Origin: a virus
Strand: one strand, 5' to 3'
DNA: 64,000 bases
IMG/VR virus record: IMGVR_UViG_3300037189_004270
Coordinates: 6,607-70,606 of that record
Under the pieces are notes generated by a model that was given only the letters and a program-made list of their open reading frames with translations, was not told where the DNA came from and did no database searches. This document shows positions 18,472-27,895 of this stretch, in pieces (the stretch's first letter is position 1; the number at the start of each line of letters is the position of its first letter). The translations under genes were made by a program, and so were the position numbers.

Positions 18472-19177
18472 ATTCATATCTAATAGGCCGTGGCTGAATA
18501 AGAGTAGTAAGAATGTCCCCATGTCTGCTGTTAAGGCTATTCCAGATTGGTATGTTTCAGAAAGCAGATATCTAAAAAATCATGACGGAGAAGATATAAT
18601 TGGTCCCGATGGAGCCAAAGTCCCATCGTGGAAAGCCTGCCCAGCGATATATGACATACTTGGCACGGGATATGTCCTAAGAACTCCATGCGACATCACC
18701 TTTTATCTAGAAGGAGACTGCCTAGAAGTAAAAATAAATCCTAGGTATGCAGACTTTATTCATAAGCGTAGCGAAATGCCAGGATTTATGCAGCCGGAAG
18801 GGTATAGGAAGGAACACTTTGCCTGGTGGCCAGATTGGGGCATAGACACTCCAAAGGGCTATAGCGTTTTATGGTCACATCCATTTAATAGATTTGACCT
18901 TCCATTTTTAAATACTACTGGTGTGGTTGACAATGATAAAGTTAATCTTCCTGGCACGGTGCCATTCTTCATAAGAGAAGGCTGGGAGGGAACTATACCT
19001 CAAGGAACTCCATATCTTCAACTTTTACCATTCAGGAGAGATGACTGGGAATCCGAACATGAGTTTCCTGATGAACATATAATGTATAATAATAATGTAG
19101 AAAATAGCGCTAAATTTCGCGTTCCAGGCGGTGGAGTTTACTTGAATCAAGTCTGGTCTAGAAGAAAGTACCTATAA
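18461..19177 (+). CDS. Paralog of 6545..7303
   Basis: IPDWY...WKACPAIYD...GY...HPFNRFDLPF...GVVD.D...IPQGTPYLQLLPFRR. Confidence 0.6.
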   Translation: MKIKFISNRPWLNKSSKNVPMSAVKAIPDWYVSESRYLKNHDGEDIIGPDGAKVPSWKACPAIYDILGTGYVLRTPCDITFYLEGDCLEVKINPRYADFIHKRSEMPGFMQPEGYRKEHFAWWPDWGIDTPKGYSVLWSHPFNRFDLPFLNTTGVVDNDKVNLPGTVPFFIREGWEGTIPQGTPYLQLLPFRRDDWESEHEFPDEHIMYNNNVENSAKFRVPGGGVYLNQVWSRRKYL

Positions 19178-19827
19178 TGGAACATCCTAAGTCAATCACT
19201 CCATCAGGATTCTTTGGCGATTCACCAGAAAATATTGTATCGCTTGAGAACTTTATATATCCTGAGGAACTAGAAAAATTAAATAGTTTTATTAGGACAA
19301 ACGATATCTGGGATGTTACCGAAACCCATTACAATGAGAATGGTACTGTAATATATGATTCGGGATATTGGGCTAATAGAGTAATCACTCACAGGAATAT
19401 GGTTAAAGCCAATGCTGAAATTCCAGATATAATTCATGGAATGGTGTTAAGATTAAAGTTAGTTGTCGATGACTTTTTTAATGTGGATGCTGAACCGACA
19501 GGCCCAGCAATGGTGAGATGGCTGCCTGGTCAATTGCAGATGCCACACGCAGATAAAGAATTACATACTGGGCCAGATGCTGGTAAGCCTAACGACTTTC
19601 CCTGGTATGATTTAGCAGGACTATTCTACATTAATGATGATTACGAAGGTGGAGAACTTTACTTTCCAAATCAAGGAATACAATTTAAGCCTAAGGCGGG
19701 AGCAGCATATTTCTTTCCAGGAGATATGAATTACATACATGGAGTTACTGAAGTTAAATCAGGAATTAGATACACCGTTCCATTCTTTTGGACCATAGCA
19801 AAGCATACAGGGGAGAAGCATCCTTGA
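19177..19827 (+). CDS. 2OG-Fe(II) oxygenase, prolyl hydroxylase-like
   Basis: HAD...YINDDYEGGELYF...IHGV..V.SG.RY. Confidence 0.9.
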   Translation: MEHPKSITPSGFFGDSPENIVSLENFIYPEELEKLNSFIRTNDIWDVTETHYNENGTVIYDSGYWANRVITHRNMVKANAEIPDIIHGMVLRLKLVVDDFFNVDAEPTGPAMVRWLPGQLQMPHADKELHTGPDAGKPNDFPWYDLAGLFYINDDYEGGELYFPNQGIQFKPKAGAAYFFPGDMNYIHGVTEVKSGIRYTVPFFWTIAKHTGEKHP

Positions 19828-20552
19828 TTATTGATGGTATAAATAAAGAAGACTTTATCATATATAAAGATGAGCCAAACTCTAAAGGTGAGTTAGGAAT
19901 TACTGATAATAGAATAGTAGAGATACAAAAATTTGTCACCCCAGATACTGCGGAGAAGATGGTCAGGTACTTTGAGCATAAGGCAGAAATGTGGGGTCCA
20001 ATTGCTTTTTATGGATCTTCTGGCATGGGCCTGCATCAGAATTCTTCTGAACTTCCAGAATTTGGGCTTCCCGAGAACTTTTTCGGACTAATTGCAAAGA
20101 AGTTTCAAGAGGCCGTAGAATCTATATTCGGTAGAGAGGTAAAGCCTAATACTTCTCATGCCCAAAAATGGGATGTAGGAGGATACGCATCTCCCCACTC
20201 TGATAACTCAGACTTTGAAGGCGTCCCTAATTCATTTCAAATTAATAAATATGTAGGAATTCTCTATTTGAACGAAGATTATGATGGCGGCGAATTATAT
20301 TTTACAGAGCATGATATAAGCATTAAGCCATCAGCCTACTCTTTTATCTCCTTCCCAGGGGGCGTAGAAAATATCCATGGAGTTAGCGAAATAACTAATG
20401 GTACAAGATATACCATGGTTTCATTTTGGGACTTTAAAGAGGCAGAATATTCTGATCAATTAAAAGAAGAGTGGGATCAAGAATTGCTTAGAGTTCGTGC
20501 AGAGCAAGAAAAGCAAAGAGAAGAGTGGGATAAGGGCAATAAGTATGCGTAG
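19824..20552 (+). CDS. 2OG-Fe(II) oxygenase, prolyl hydroxylase-like
   Basis: HSD...YLNEDYDGGELYF...IHGV....G.RY; TTG start after GGGGAG. Confidence 0.9.
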   Translation: MIIDGINKEDFIIYKDEPNSKGELGITDNRIVEIQKFVTPDTAEKMVRYFEHKAEMWGPIAFYGSSGMGLHQNSSELPEFGLPENFFGLIAKKFQEAVESIFGREVKPNTSHAQKWDVGGYASPHSDNSDFEGVPNSFQINKYVGILYLNEDYDGGELYFTEHDISIKPSAYSFISFPGGVENIHGVSEITNGTRYTMVSFWDFKEAEYSDQLKEEWDQELLRVRAEQEKQREEWDKGNKYA

Positions 20553-21126
20553 CATTTTGAATAAGCCAGATATCATAGAGGGTGTATATTACTACAAAGG
20601 AATGATTCCCAATCCACCGGAACTTGTGGAACTTATTGAAGAAACTAATGCATCTTTAACGAATGAAGAAATTATTTCAAAGTGGTGTACATGGGAGTCG
20701 TCAGATGGTATTAGCAAGTTTGGTAGTACCAAGTCAGTAGATGACTCTAAAATAGCAACCACAAGTGACGAGATTAAGTATATCTATGGAGTTATAATTT
20801 CTGCGATTCGCATAGCATCTAGGCACTATGAACATTCAAATAACTTAGATTTGGGCAGGCAGTCTCCAATATCTATTTCCAAATATTCTGAAGGTAAGTT
20901 TATGGGTCCGCATACAGATGAAAAAACTGGCGCTCACATTTCTGGTGTGTTGTATCTTAACGATGAATATTCTGGTGGAGAATTAGGTTTCCCTAATCAG
21001 GGATTTTCTATAAAGCCTGAGGCCGGAAGCATGGTAATATTTCCTTCTACTCAGCCATATGTTCATGATCCACAGCCAGCGAGCGGGGCTGAAAGGTATA
21101 TTTGCCCTGTATTCTGGTACAAATAA
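20545..21126 (+). CDS. 2OG-Fe(II) oxygenase, prolyl hydroxylase-like
   Basis: HTD...YLNDEYSGGEL.F...FPS..VH......ERY. Confidence 0.85.
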   Translation: MRSILNKPDIIEGVYYYKGMIPNPPELVELIEETNASLTNEEIISKWCTWESSDGISKFGSTKSVDDSKIATTSDEIKYIYGVIISAIRIASRHYEHSNNLDLGRQSPISISKYSEGKFMGPHTDEKTGAHISGVLYLNDEYSGGELGFPNQGFSIKPEAGSMVIFPSTQPYVHDPQPASGAERYICPVFWYK

Positions 21127-21128
21127 GA

Positions 21129-21143
21129 TATAATTAACATATG
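21129..21143 (+). promoter_or_regulatory. Leaderless promoter (TATAAT-N6-ATG)
   Basis: TATAAT 21129-21134, ATG 21141. Confidence 0.65.
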
Positions 21144-24100
21144 TCCTACTCTCAATTAGTTCTAGCAGATAAGCCATTAGGATATTGGGAATCCCCAGAT
21201 TTTGGCGTAGAGAACCTACTAACACAGAATCAGTATTCTATAGAAACTTCTACTTCTGGCTGGTCTGCAGTAAACTCTAATACTTCAATATCAAGAGTGA
21301 CCTCTGATTCATATATTGGATCTGCATCATTAAAGTTGACAGCAAATTCAGCAAGTCAGCGTGGTGAGGTTAGAATTTCTTCTGGATCTCGCATTCAGGT
21401 AACTCCTGGTAAAAGATATACGATGCTTGCTAGAGTAAAAAGGGCGCAGGGAACTAGAAATGCTTCAATAAGAATTGAATATTTTACTACTCAAAGTGGA
21501 TCTACATTATCAGAGGCAGTTAGATACTCTAACGAATTTCAACTATCTAGTGACTCCTGGACAACTATATATCATACTGACTTAATATTCACCCCCAATG
21601 ACAACGACTACTTTGTATCTTGGGGTATTGCCACTAATGGTTCAGGATCTATCGGAGATGAACTTTTAGTAGATGGCGTTCAGTTCTATGAGGGTAGCGT
21701 ATATCAAATAGAAGATAGAGTATCTACCAATAATATAAATATATTTGAATACGATCATAAAAATATTAAGCCCATAATATTTGGTACAGATAGTTGTGTA
21801 AAACTGACTGAGCAAGTTTCCCCGAATTTGAATAACAATTATAAATTGTTTATATCTGGCACAGAAAATAAAGATTCAACCATTGAAATGTGGTTTGCTA
21901 TAGAACAGCCGCCATCCTATAGACATACACTTTTGAAGATAGGAACATTCCTAAACTGCTACATTGAAAGAGATAGAATATTCATAGAATCAGGCGGGAA
22001 GAGTGCAAGCATACAGGTAGTAGACTGGGAAAAACAACACTATGTTGCCATTTCATATTTAAACAGAAAGGTAGATCTTTATTTAGATGATAGAGATCCT
22101 GTATCTGTTTCACTAGACGAAGACTTCAGGTTTGATGACATAATAAATACCACACTTATACCATCCGTGGTGTTTGGCCCATGCTCTAGCCCAAGAAACT
22201 TAATTTTCAACCCGTCCTTTGAGGATGGGACAATAGGATGGGAATTACATGGATCAGGAACGACTATATCTAGTGTTTCTACAGATTCATTTTCTGGAAA
22301 TAAAAGTTTAAGCATTTCTAGATCTGCAAGTTCAAACTCTGGGGCAAAGATTGTAGATAGATTACCAGTTAAAAAATACAATAAGTATCAGTTATCAACT
22401 CAAGTTAAAATTCCTTCTGGTCAACAAAGCACTACCTTGAAGTTAATATGTAAAACATACGAAGATGTTTCAGCAGGATCTGTAATAAATAACTATGAAG
22501 ATCAAATAGTAATATCTAGCGCAGACTCATGGCAAGAACTATCTCTTTCATTTACCCCTGGATATAATGAAAATTATATAGAGGTCTATGTTGTAAGTTC
22601 TGTTTCTGGAACAGCAGGACAAGTATTTTTAGTAGATGCCTGCCTTCTAGAAAAGTCAGACTACCCAGTTGCCTGGGACGAACTTTCTTATGCCAGCGAT
22701 CCACTTTTTATATCTTCAATAGCCTTGTACCCCTTTGCGTTGCCTAGAGATAAAATAATAAAAAGAATCAATTATGCTACCCAAGATCTTTCAGATTCTC
22801 TTTCAATTAAATTCTCTGGAGATAGAATAAATACAGATTACAATTCTATTTACGCCACTAAAGAAGTCGATATTTTAGAATTGGCAAAAACAGATCAAGT
22901 AACCTCACAGAATCTTTTATACACAAATAATGGATTCTATATGCCATCAGTAAAGCCTGCAGTTATCTCATCTGGACTGTATGGCGGGTCCTATTCTTTA
23001 AACTCTAATGGAGTTCTACTATCTGGTGATTATTTTATCAACATAGATAATGTAGATAAATACTTTAATCCATATTCATCTACAATAAAAATGCAAATTC
23101 AGTTAGACTCTACATCTGGCGACGGGACCTTACTTACAATAACACCAGTAACTAATGCCTATGCAATATCAATTAAAAAGCAATCTAATAAGATAGTAGG
23201 AGTCGTCCTTAACGATTTTGGAGATCTATCTCCAGACGTACTATTTCAGTCCAACACTCTAACATCAGGTCAGTATAACCTTGCGTTTAATTTTACAGAA
23301 TTATCAATGTCTGTAAAAGTCGGGGCGCAAGAGTTTAATGATATAAGCATTCCTAATATACAAACGTATACTCAGATAGTTTTGGGCAACTTCCCCTCAT
23401 CTGATGATGCGTTCCCAGATAGAATTAGAAACTTTGGAGTAGATCCACTAACAGCGTTTAATAGTATAAATTGGTATTCTCCAGAATTGTATATGCTTAG
23501 ATTTAATGGAAATCTAAATGTATCTCAAAAGGGTAAGATAGAATATACGGCTACCAGCCTGGATACATCTAATAACAGCATAGTTACTTTTAATGACGCT
23601 AGCAAGCCGTACCTTTTTATAAATGATGAAATTATCTACGAGCCTTCTAATATTCCAAACAATAATTATGAAAATCCAGAGTCTATAAAAATATATGCAG
23701 AAGTGACTACTGAAGATGCATACTTAGATAATCCTATAATTAACAATTTATACGCTTCTTCATTTAATTCAAATGAAGTTATCTCGTCACTATCGAACTT
23801 TGTGCTGACCCCAAATGTGGATATAAGTTCTAATTATGTAGATAGCCCATATATTATAAAGAGTAGAGAGACAAACGTGCTAGCACATGACTCAAACATA
23901 GGGGTAAAATTTACTAGAGGAATATCATCTGGGTGTAGAATAATTAAGAATACATCAGATTATAAAATTATTGAATTTATCTTTAAAATTACCAAGTATC
24001 CAAATAGATCAGAAGTTTATAATATATTTGATATATCTGGAGCAACATCTATAGGTCTTTCCTACTCATCGGCGGGATTGAATAAGTATGGAGCATATGA

Positions 24101-24494
24101 TCTATACATAGATGGACAATTAAGAAGTACACCATCCTTATACGAAATTTCTGTAGGAGAAATCTATCACATAATAGCCGTACTTCCTTCAGCAAATAAT
24201 AATAATATTCACTTAGGAAGTAACAAGTCTTCTGCCAATATGATTAATGGATCTATAGGTAAAATTTGTATATATGAAGAAATAAACATGAATTACGCAA
24301 CATTTGCATCAGACAAGTACCAAGACCTAATAGGAAGGGTTTCTAGATCAATTTCTGGAGGCTCAGTTAATGTAAATGATGAGCCTGCGGGTACCCAAAC
24401 ATACTATAGAAATAGCGACTACTTTGAAATGATTGATCTTCCAAAGGTCAAATTTGTCACATCTTCGTGGGAAGAAATCGATCTAGCGAACTAA
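21141..24494 (+). CDS. Large virion protein with CBM4-like and LamG-like domains
   Basis: SY...VLADKPLGYW start; NLL.N..E...GW and NLIFNPSFEDG..GW carbohydrate-binding-like modules; TIEMWF. Confidence 0.7.
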   Translation: MSYSQLVLADKPLGYWESPDFGVENLLTQNQYSIETSTSGWSAVNSNTSISRVTSDSYIGSASLKLTANSASQRGEVRISSGSRIQVTPGKRYTMLARVKRAQGTRNASIRIEYFTTQSGSTLSEAVRYSNEFQLSSDSWTTIYHTDLIFTPNDNDYFVSWGIATNGSGSIGDELLVDGVQFYEGSVYQIEDRVSTNNINIFEYDHKNIKPIIFGTDSCVKLTEQVSPNLNNNYKLFISGTENKDSTIEMWFAIEQPPSYRHTLLKIGTFLNCYIERDRIFIESGGKSASIQVVDWEKQHYVAISYLNRKVDLYLDDRDPVSVSLDEDFRFDDIINTTLIPSVVFGPCSSPRNLIFNPSFEDGTIGWELHGSGTTISSVSTDSFSGNKSLSISRSASSNSGAKIVDRLPVKKYNKYQLSTQVKIPSGQQSTTLKLICKTYEDVSAGSVINNYEDQIVISSADSWQELSLSFTPGYNENYIEVYVVSSVSGTAGQVFLVDACLLEKSDYPVAWDELSYASDPLFISSIALYPFALPRDKIIKRINYATQDLSDSLSIKFSGDRINTDYNSIYATKEVDILELAKTDQVTSQNLLYTNNGFYMPSVKPAVISSGLYGGSYSLNSNGVLLSGDYFINIDNVDKYFNPYSSTIKMQIQLDSTSGDGTLLTITPVTNAYAISIKKQSNKIVGVVLNDFGDLSPDVLFQSNTLTSGQYNLAFNFTELSMSVKVGAQEFNDISIPNIQTYTQIVLGNFPSSDDAFPDRIRNFGVDPLTAFNSINWYSPELYMLRFNGNLNVSQKGKIEYTATSLDTSNNSIVTFNDASKPYLFINDEIIYEPSNIPNNNYENPESIKIYAEVTTEDAYLDNPIINNLYASSFNSNEVISSLSNFVLTPNVDISSNYVDSPYIIKSRETNVLAHDSNIGVKFTRGISSGCRIIKNTSDYKIIEFIFKITKYPNRSEVYNIFDISGATSIGLSYSSAGLNKYGAYDLYIDGQLRSTPSLYEISVGEIYHIIAVLPSANNNNIHLGSNKSSANMINGSIGKICIYEEINMNYATFASDKYQDLIGRVSRSISGGSVNVNDEPAGTQTYYRNSDYFEMIDLPKVKFVTSSWEEIDLAN

Positions 24495-24538
24495 TATGTC
24501 TCAATTATTGACGTATTTTGTTATTTAAGAGTGAAAAA

Positions 24539-24556
24539 TGGTATCATATTAATATG
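24539..24556 (+). promoter_or_regulatory. Leaderless extended -10 promoter (TGGTATCAT-N6-ATG)
   Basis: TATCAT 24542-24547, in-frame ATG 24554. Confidence 0.6.
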
Positions 24557-24889
24557 AAGAGAACTAGAATTACAGAGGTTGAAGAAACTGATTACGGTCT
24601 ATATTTATGGGAAATGCCAGACGGATCTTTAGTGGCAGATGACCAAAAAAACTTTTTAAATATCCCAGCAAAGAAGAACGACAGGGAAAAAATAAAGTTG
24701 CTAGTAGACACAGTTAAGTCCTTTGGAATTCATGAGGGCCGCGCCGTATTTTGGTCAGGCCATAGAAGAGTTACAGATGAAGAATATGAGTATCAGAAGC
24801 AAAGAATGGAATGGGGACTTATCCCAGACGAACTTGATTACGGCGCAGCGAGGGATGAATTAATGTCCATGCAAAAGAGGCTAAAATGA
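24554..24889 (+). CDS. Hypothetical protein upstream of portal
   Basis: ORF coupled to the portal gene by ATGA; start revised to 24554. Confidence 0.7.
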   Translation: MKRTRITEVEETDYGLYLWEMPDGSLVADDQKNFLNIPAKKNDREKIKLLVDTVKSFGIHEGRAVFWSGHRRVTDEEYEYQKQRMEWGLIPDELDYGAARDELMSMQKRLK

Positions 24890-26457
24890 CAGAGTATATA
24901 GAAGATTCATCTTCTGAAGTCCACGTTGTATCATCTAATGATTTTTTCCACTACTCATCAGATTCACACTCAGACCCATTCCTTGAGAGCGTTGAAGTAA
25001 TAAATAAATATGACGGCCTATCTCCTTCATTTAAAAGAAAGAATACTAGGCAATTACAGAAATATCATCAAGGAGTCTCTGGAACTAGATCTAAGAAGAT
25101 TGAAGATCCAGATGTAACTGGATATGCCATGTTTGAGGTTGTAGAGCCTCCCTATAACATGGACTACCTTGCAAAAGTTTATGAAATTTCTTCACCCCAC
25201 CATGCCGCAGTCGATGCCAAAGTATCAAATACCGTGGGCCTTGGCTATGATTTTATTGAAACCTCTGATACTAAAGAAAAGTTAGAAGAAATTGATGATG
25301 ATGACACTAGTAAACTAAACTTTTTAAGAAGAAAAATTTCCAGATCAAAAACTAGAATGTATGAGGTCCTTGACTCTCTAAATGAAGATGAGAGTTTTAC
25401 TGAGACTATGAAAAAAATTGATGTTGACTATGAAGCAACAGGAAATGCATACCTAGAAATAGGAAGAAAAGTAGATGGAACTATAGGCTACTTAGGACAA
25501 ATTCCATCATCAAATATGAGAGTTCGTAGAAACAGGGACGGATTCATTCAAATAGTCAATAATAAAATCGTATTCTTTAGAAACTATGGAGATACAGAAA
25601 CTCCAGATCCAGTTGGAAATGATTCTAGGCCAAACGAGGTAATGCATTTTAAGAAGTACACTCCTACAAATAACTACTATGGGGTTCCAGACATTATCCC
25701 AGCACTATCAGCATTGGCTGGTGACGAGTTTGCTTCCAAGTTTAATCTAGACTACTTTGAAAATAAGGCTGTGCCTAGATATATCGTTGTAGTAAAGGGA
25801 GCAAAGTTATCTGATGATTCCCAAAGAAAACTTCTAGAGTTCTTCCAGACTGGCCTAAAGGGTAAAAATCACAGATCATTATACATACCTCTACCAGCAG
25901 ACGATGGACAGTCCAAGGTAGAATTTAAGATGGAGCCAGTAGAGGCTGGAATACAAGATTCATCATTTAGAAACTACCGCCTTGAGAACCGTGATGAAAT
26001 TCTTATGGCTCACAGAGTTCCAGTAACCAAGGTTTCTATGGGTCAGGGAGTCTCCTTGGCTGCTGCCAGAGATGCTGACAAGGGCTTTAAAGAACAAGTA
26101 ACTAGACCAACACAAGATTACTTCCAAAAGAAGATTAACAAGATTGTTAAAGAATTTACTGACATGTTCACACTAAAGTTCAATGAACTTACTCTTACAG
26201 ATGAAGATACTCAATCAAAGATTGATGAAAGATACCTCAGGATGCAAGTTATTGTTCCTAATGAAGTAAGATCCCGTAAGGGTATGCCAGCATTAGATGG
26301 GGGAGACACCCCAATAGTTCTAAATGCTCAGGCTAGAGCAGAACAAAATGCTCAAAATACAAGAAATAGATCAAGAGATCAACAAAGACAAAATAACTCA
26401 CCAGACTCTAGTGGAGAGGCAAGAAATCCACAGGGTGACGGGAGAGTTGTGGAATAA
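24886..26457 (+). CDS. Portal protein (PBSX/HK97-like)
   Basis: TGNAYLEI, EVMHFK, YYGVPD, YFENKAVP, ILMAHRVP, PNEVR..GMP. Confidence 0.9.
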   Translation: MTEYIEDSSSEVHVVSSNDFFHYSSDSHSDPFLESVEVINKYDGLSPSFKRKNTRQLQKYHQGVSGTRSKKIEDPDVTGYAMFEVVEPPYNMDYLAKVYEISSPHHAAVDAKVSNTVGLGYDFIETSDTKEKLEEIDDDDTSKLNFLRRKISRSKTRMYEVLDSLNEDESFTETMKKIDVDYEATGNAYLEIGRKVDGTIGYLGQIPSSNMRVRRNRDGFIQIVNNKIVFFRNYGDTETPDPVGNDSRPNEVMHFKKYTPTNNYYGVPDIIPALSALAGDEFASKFNLDYFENKAVPRYIVVVKGAKLSDDSQRKLLEFFQTGLKGKNHRSLYIPLPADDGQSKVEFKMEPVEAGIQDSSFRNYRLENRDEILMAHRVPVTKVSMGQGVSLAAARDADKGFKEQVTRPTQDYFQKKINKIVKEFTDMFTLKFNELTLTDEDTQSKIDERYLRMQVIVPNEVRSRKGMPALDGGDTPIVLNAQARAEQNAQNTRNRSRDQQRQNNSPDSSGEARNPQGDGRVVE

Positions 26458-26508
26458 TTGTGGAAAAATTTTTGTATTATTTTAAATACTTGATAACATT
26501 TACTTGAG

Positions 26509-27864
26509 ATGGAAATTAATAAGTCTTATTGGCATAGTGACGGCGACAGAATAAGTCTGTCTGTTCCGTTCTTTAAAGTTGACGAGGAGCGCAGAATTGT
26601 CTCCGGCTTTGCCACGCTAGACAATGTAGATAGACACAATGATATTGTAGATGCAGAGGCATCCATAAAAGCCTTTGAAACATTCCGTGGCAATTTAAGA
26701 GAAATGCATCAGCCAATTGCTGTAGGCAAAGTAACTAATTTCCGTGAAGAGCAGTTCTATGATAAGTCAACTGGCCAAACCTACCGTGGCGTCTTTGTAG
26801 ACACATATGTATCTAAAGGTGCCCAAGATACCTGGGAAAAGGTTGTTGATGGAACACTTTCTGGATTCTCTATCGGAGGAAACATTACAAAGGTAGATAG
26901 TGTCCAAAAGGGTGACGACATGGTTCGTGTCATCAAAGAATATGAACTTGTAGAACTTTCCCTAGTAGATAGCCCAGCGAATCAACTTGCCAATGTGTTT
27001 TCTATTCAAAAAGTAGATGATCGAATTATAGCAACAGGAATTGCCACAGAGATTAAAATGGATAATATTTTCTGGTGCGAGTCAGATCAAATAGCAGTAG
27101 CAAAAGACAATGATTCCTCAACATGTTTAGTTTGTAATTCAGACATGACAAACATTGGTTGGGTAGAGTCCAATGACGTTGCTAAGAATCAGGAAATTGG
27201 CAAGGCAATTGATCGTCATGTTAACAAAGATAGTCTTTCTGGAAATAATCCAGAAGAAATGCCTGAGCCAACAATAGCAAAGCAGGCAGATAATGAAACC
27301 AATATTGAAGGAGGTGCAGTAGAGAACATGGAAATTGAAAAGAATGAAGACGTTGAAACAGAAGAGAATGTAGAGAAGAACAGAGTTATTGGTGGAGCAT
27401 TAGATGCTTCTGCAGAGGTTGCAGAAGAAGGTGTGTCCAATGAAGAGTCTGTAGAAGAAACTGAAGAAGTAGACGTTGAAAAGGCTTTAGAAGAAACTGA
27501 AATAGAGAAGGCTGCAGTCTCCGATGTTGAGGTTGAAGAACCCGACTTTGTGAAAATGTTGGACGACCTCAAGACTTTCTTCGGAGATAATTTAACAAAG
27601 AGCGCAGAAGATACAAAGACTACAGTTGAAGAACTGAGCAAGACTATCGACGCTCGCATTACAGAATTGGCTGATAAGCACGATTCACTCAGCAAAGCAG
27701 TTGAGAGCATCAAAAGCGCCATTGACACAATCGAAAAAAGAGTCGATTTGGTTGAGAATGAAACTGCTGTTAAGAAGTCCCGCGATCTGGAAGGGTCAAA
27801 GGAAGAAAAAACAATAAGAAAAGGTATTTGGTCCGGCTCTTTCCTCGGTGTTCGTGACCTATAA
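26509..27864 (+). CDS. Prohead protease fused to an acidic scaffold-like region
   Basis: RIVSGFA..VD..D; REMH; GFSIGG; ELSLVDSPAN; Glu-rich coiled-coil C-terminus. Confidence 0.9.
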   Translation: MEINKSYWHSDGDRISLSVPFFKVDEERRIVSGFATLDNVDRHNDIVDAEASIKAFETFRGNLREMHQPIAVGKVTNFREEQFYDKSTGQTYRGVFVDTYVSKGAQDTWEKVVDGTLSGFSIGGNITKVDSVQKGDDMVRVIKEYELVELSLVDSPANQLANVFSIQKVDDRIIATGIATEIKMDNIFWCESDQIAVAKDNDSSTCLVCNSDMTNIGWVESNDVAKNQEIGKAIDRHVNKDSLSGNNPEEMPEPTIAKQADNETNIEGGAVENMEIEKNEDVETEENVEKNRVIGGALDASAEVAEEGVSNEESVEETEEVDVEKALEETEIEKAAVSDVEVEEPDFVKMLDDLKTFFGDNLTKSAEDTKTTVEELSKTIDARITELADKHDSLSKAVESIKSAIDTIEKRVDLVENETAVKKSRDLEGSKEEKTIRKGIWSGSFLGVRDL

Positions 27865-27874
27865 ACAAAAATTC

Positions 27875-27886
27875 GAAAGGTAGGTG
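27875..27886 (+). promoter_or_regulatory. Extended SD GAAAGGTAGGTG (capsid gene)
   Basis: Identical 12-mer precedes the major tail gene at 32056. Confidence 0.7.
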
Positions 27887-27895
27887 AAAAGCAAA

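Noticed and set aside
7296-21126. Oxygenases plus glycosyltransferase as a DNA hypermodification (TET/JBP-type) pathway
   Set aside because: Motifs (YLN.DYEGGEL.F; LQIDSH) fit the P4H and GT60 families and the genes sit among fibre genes. Disfavoured, not formally excluded.
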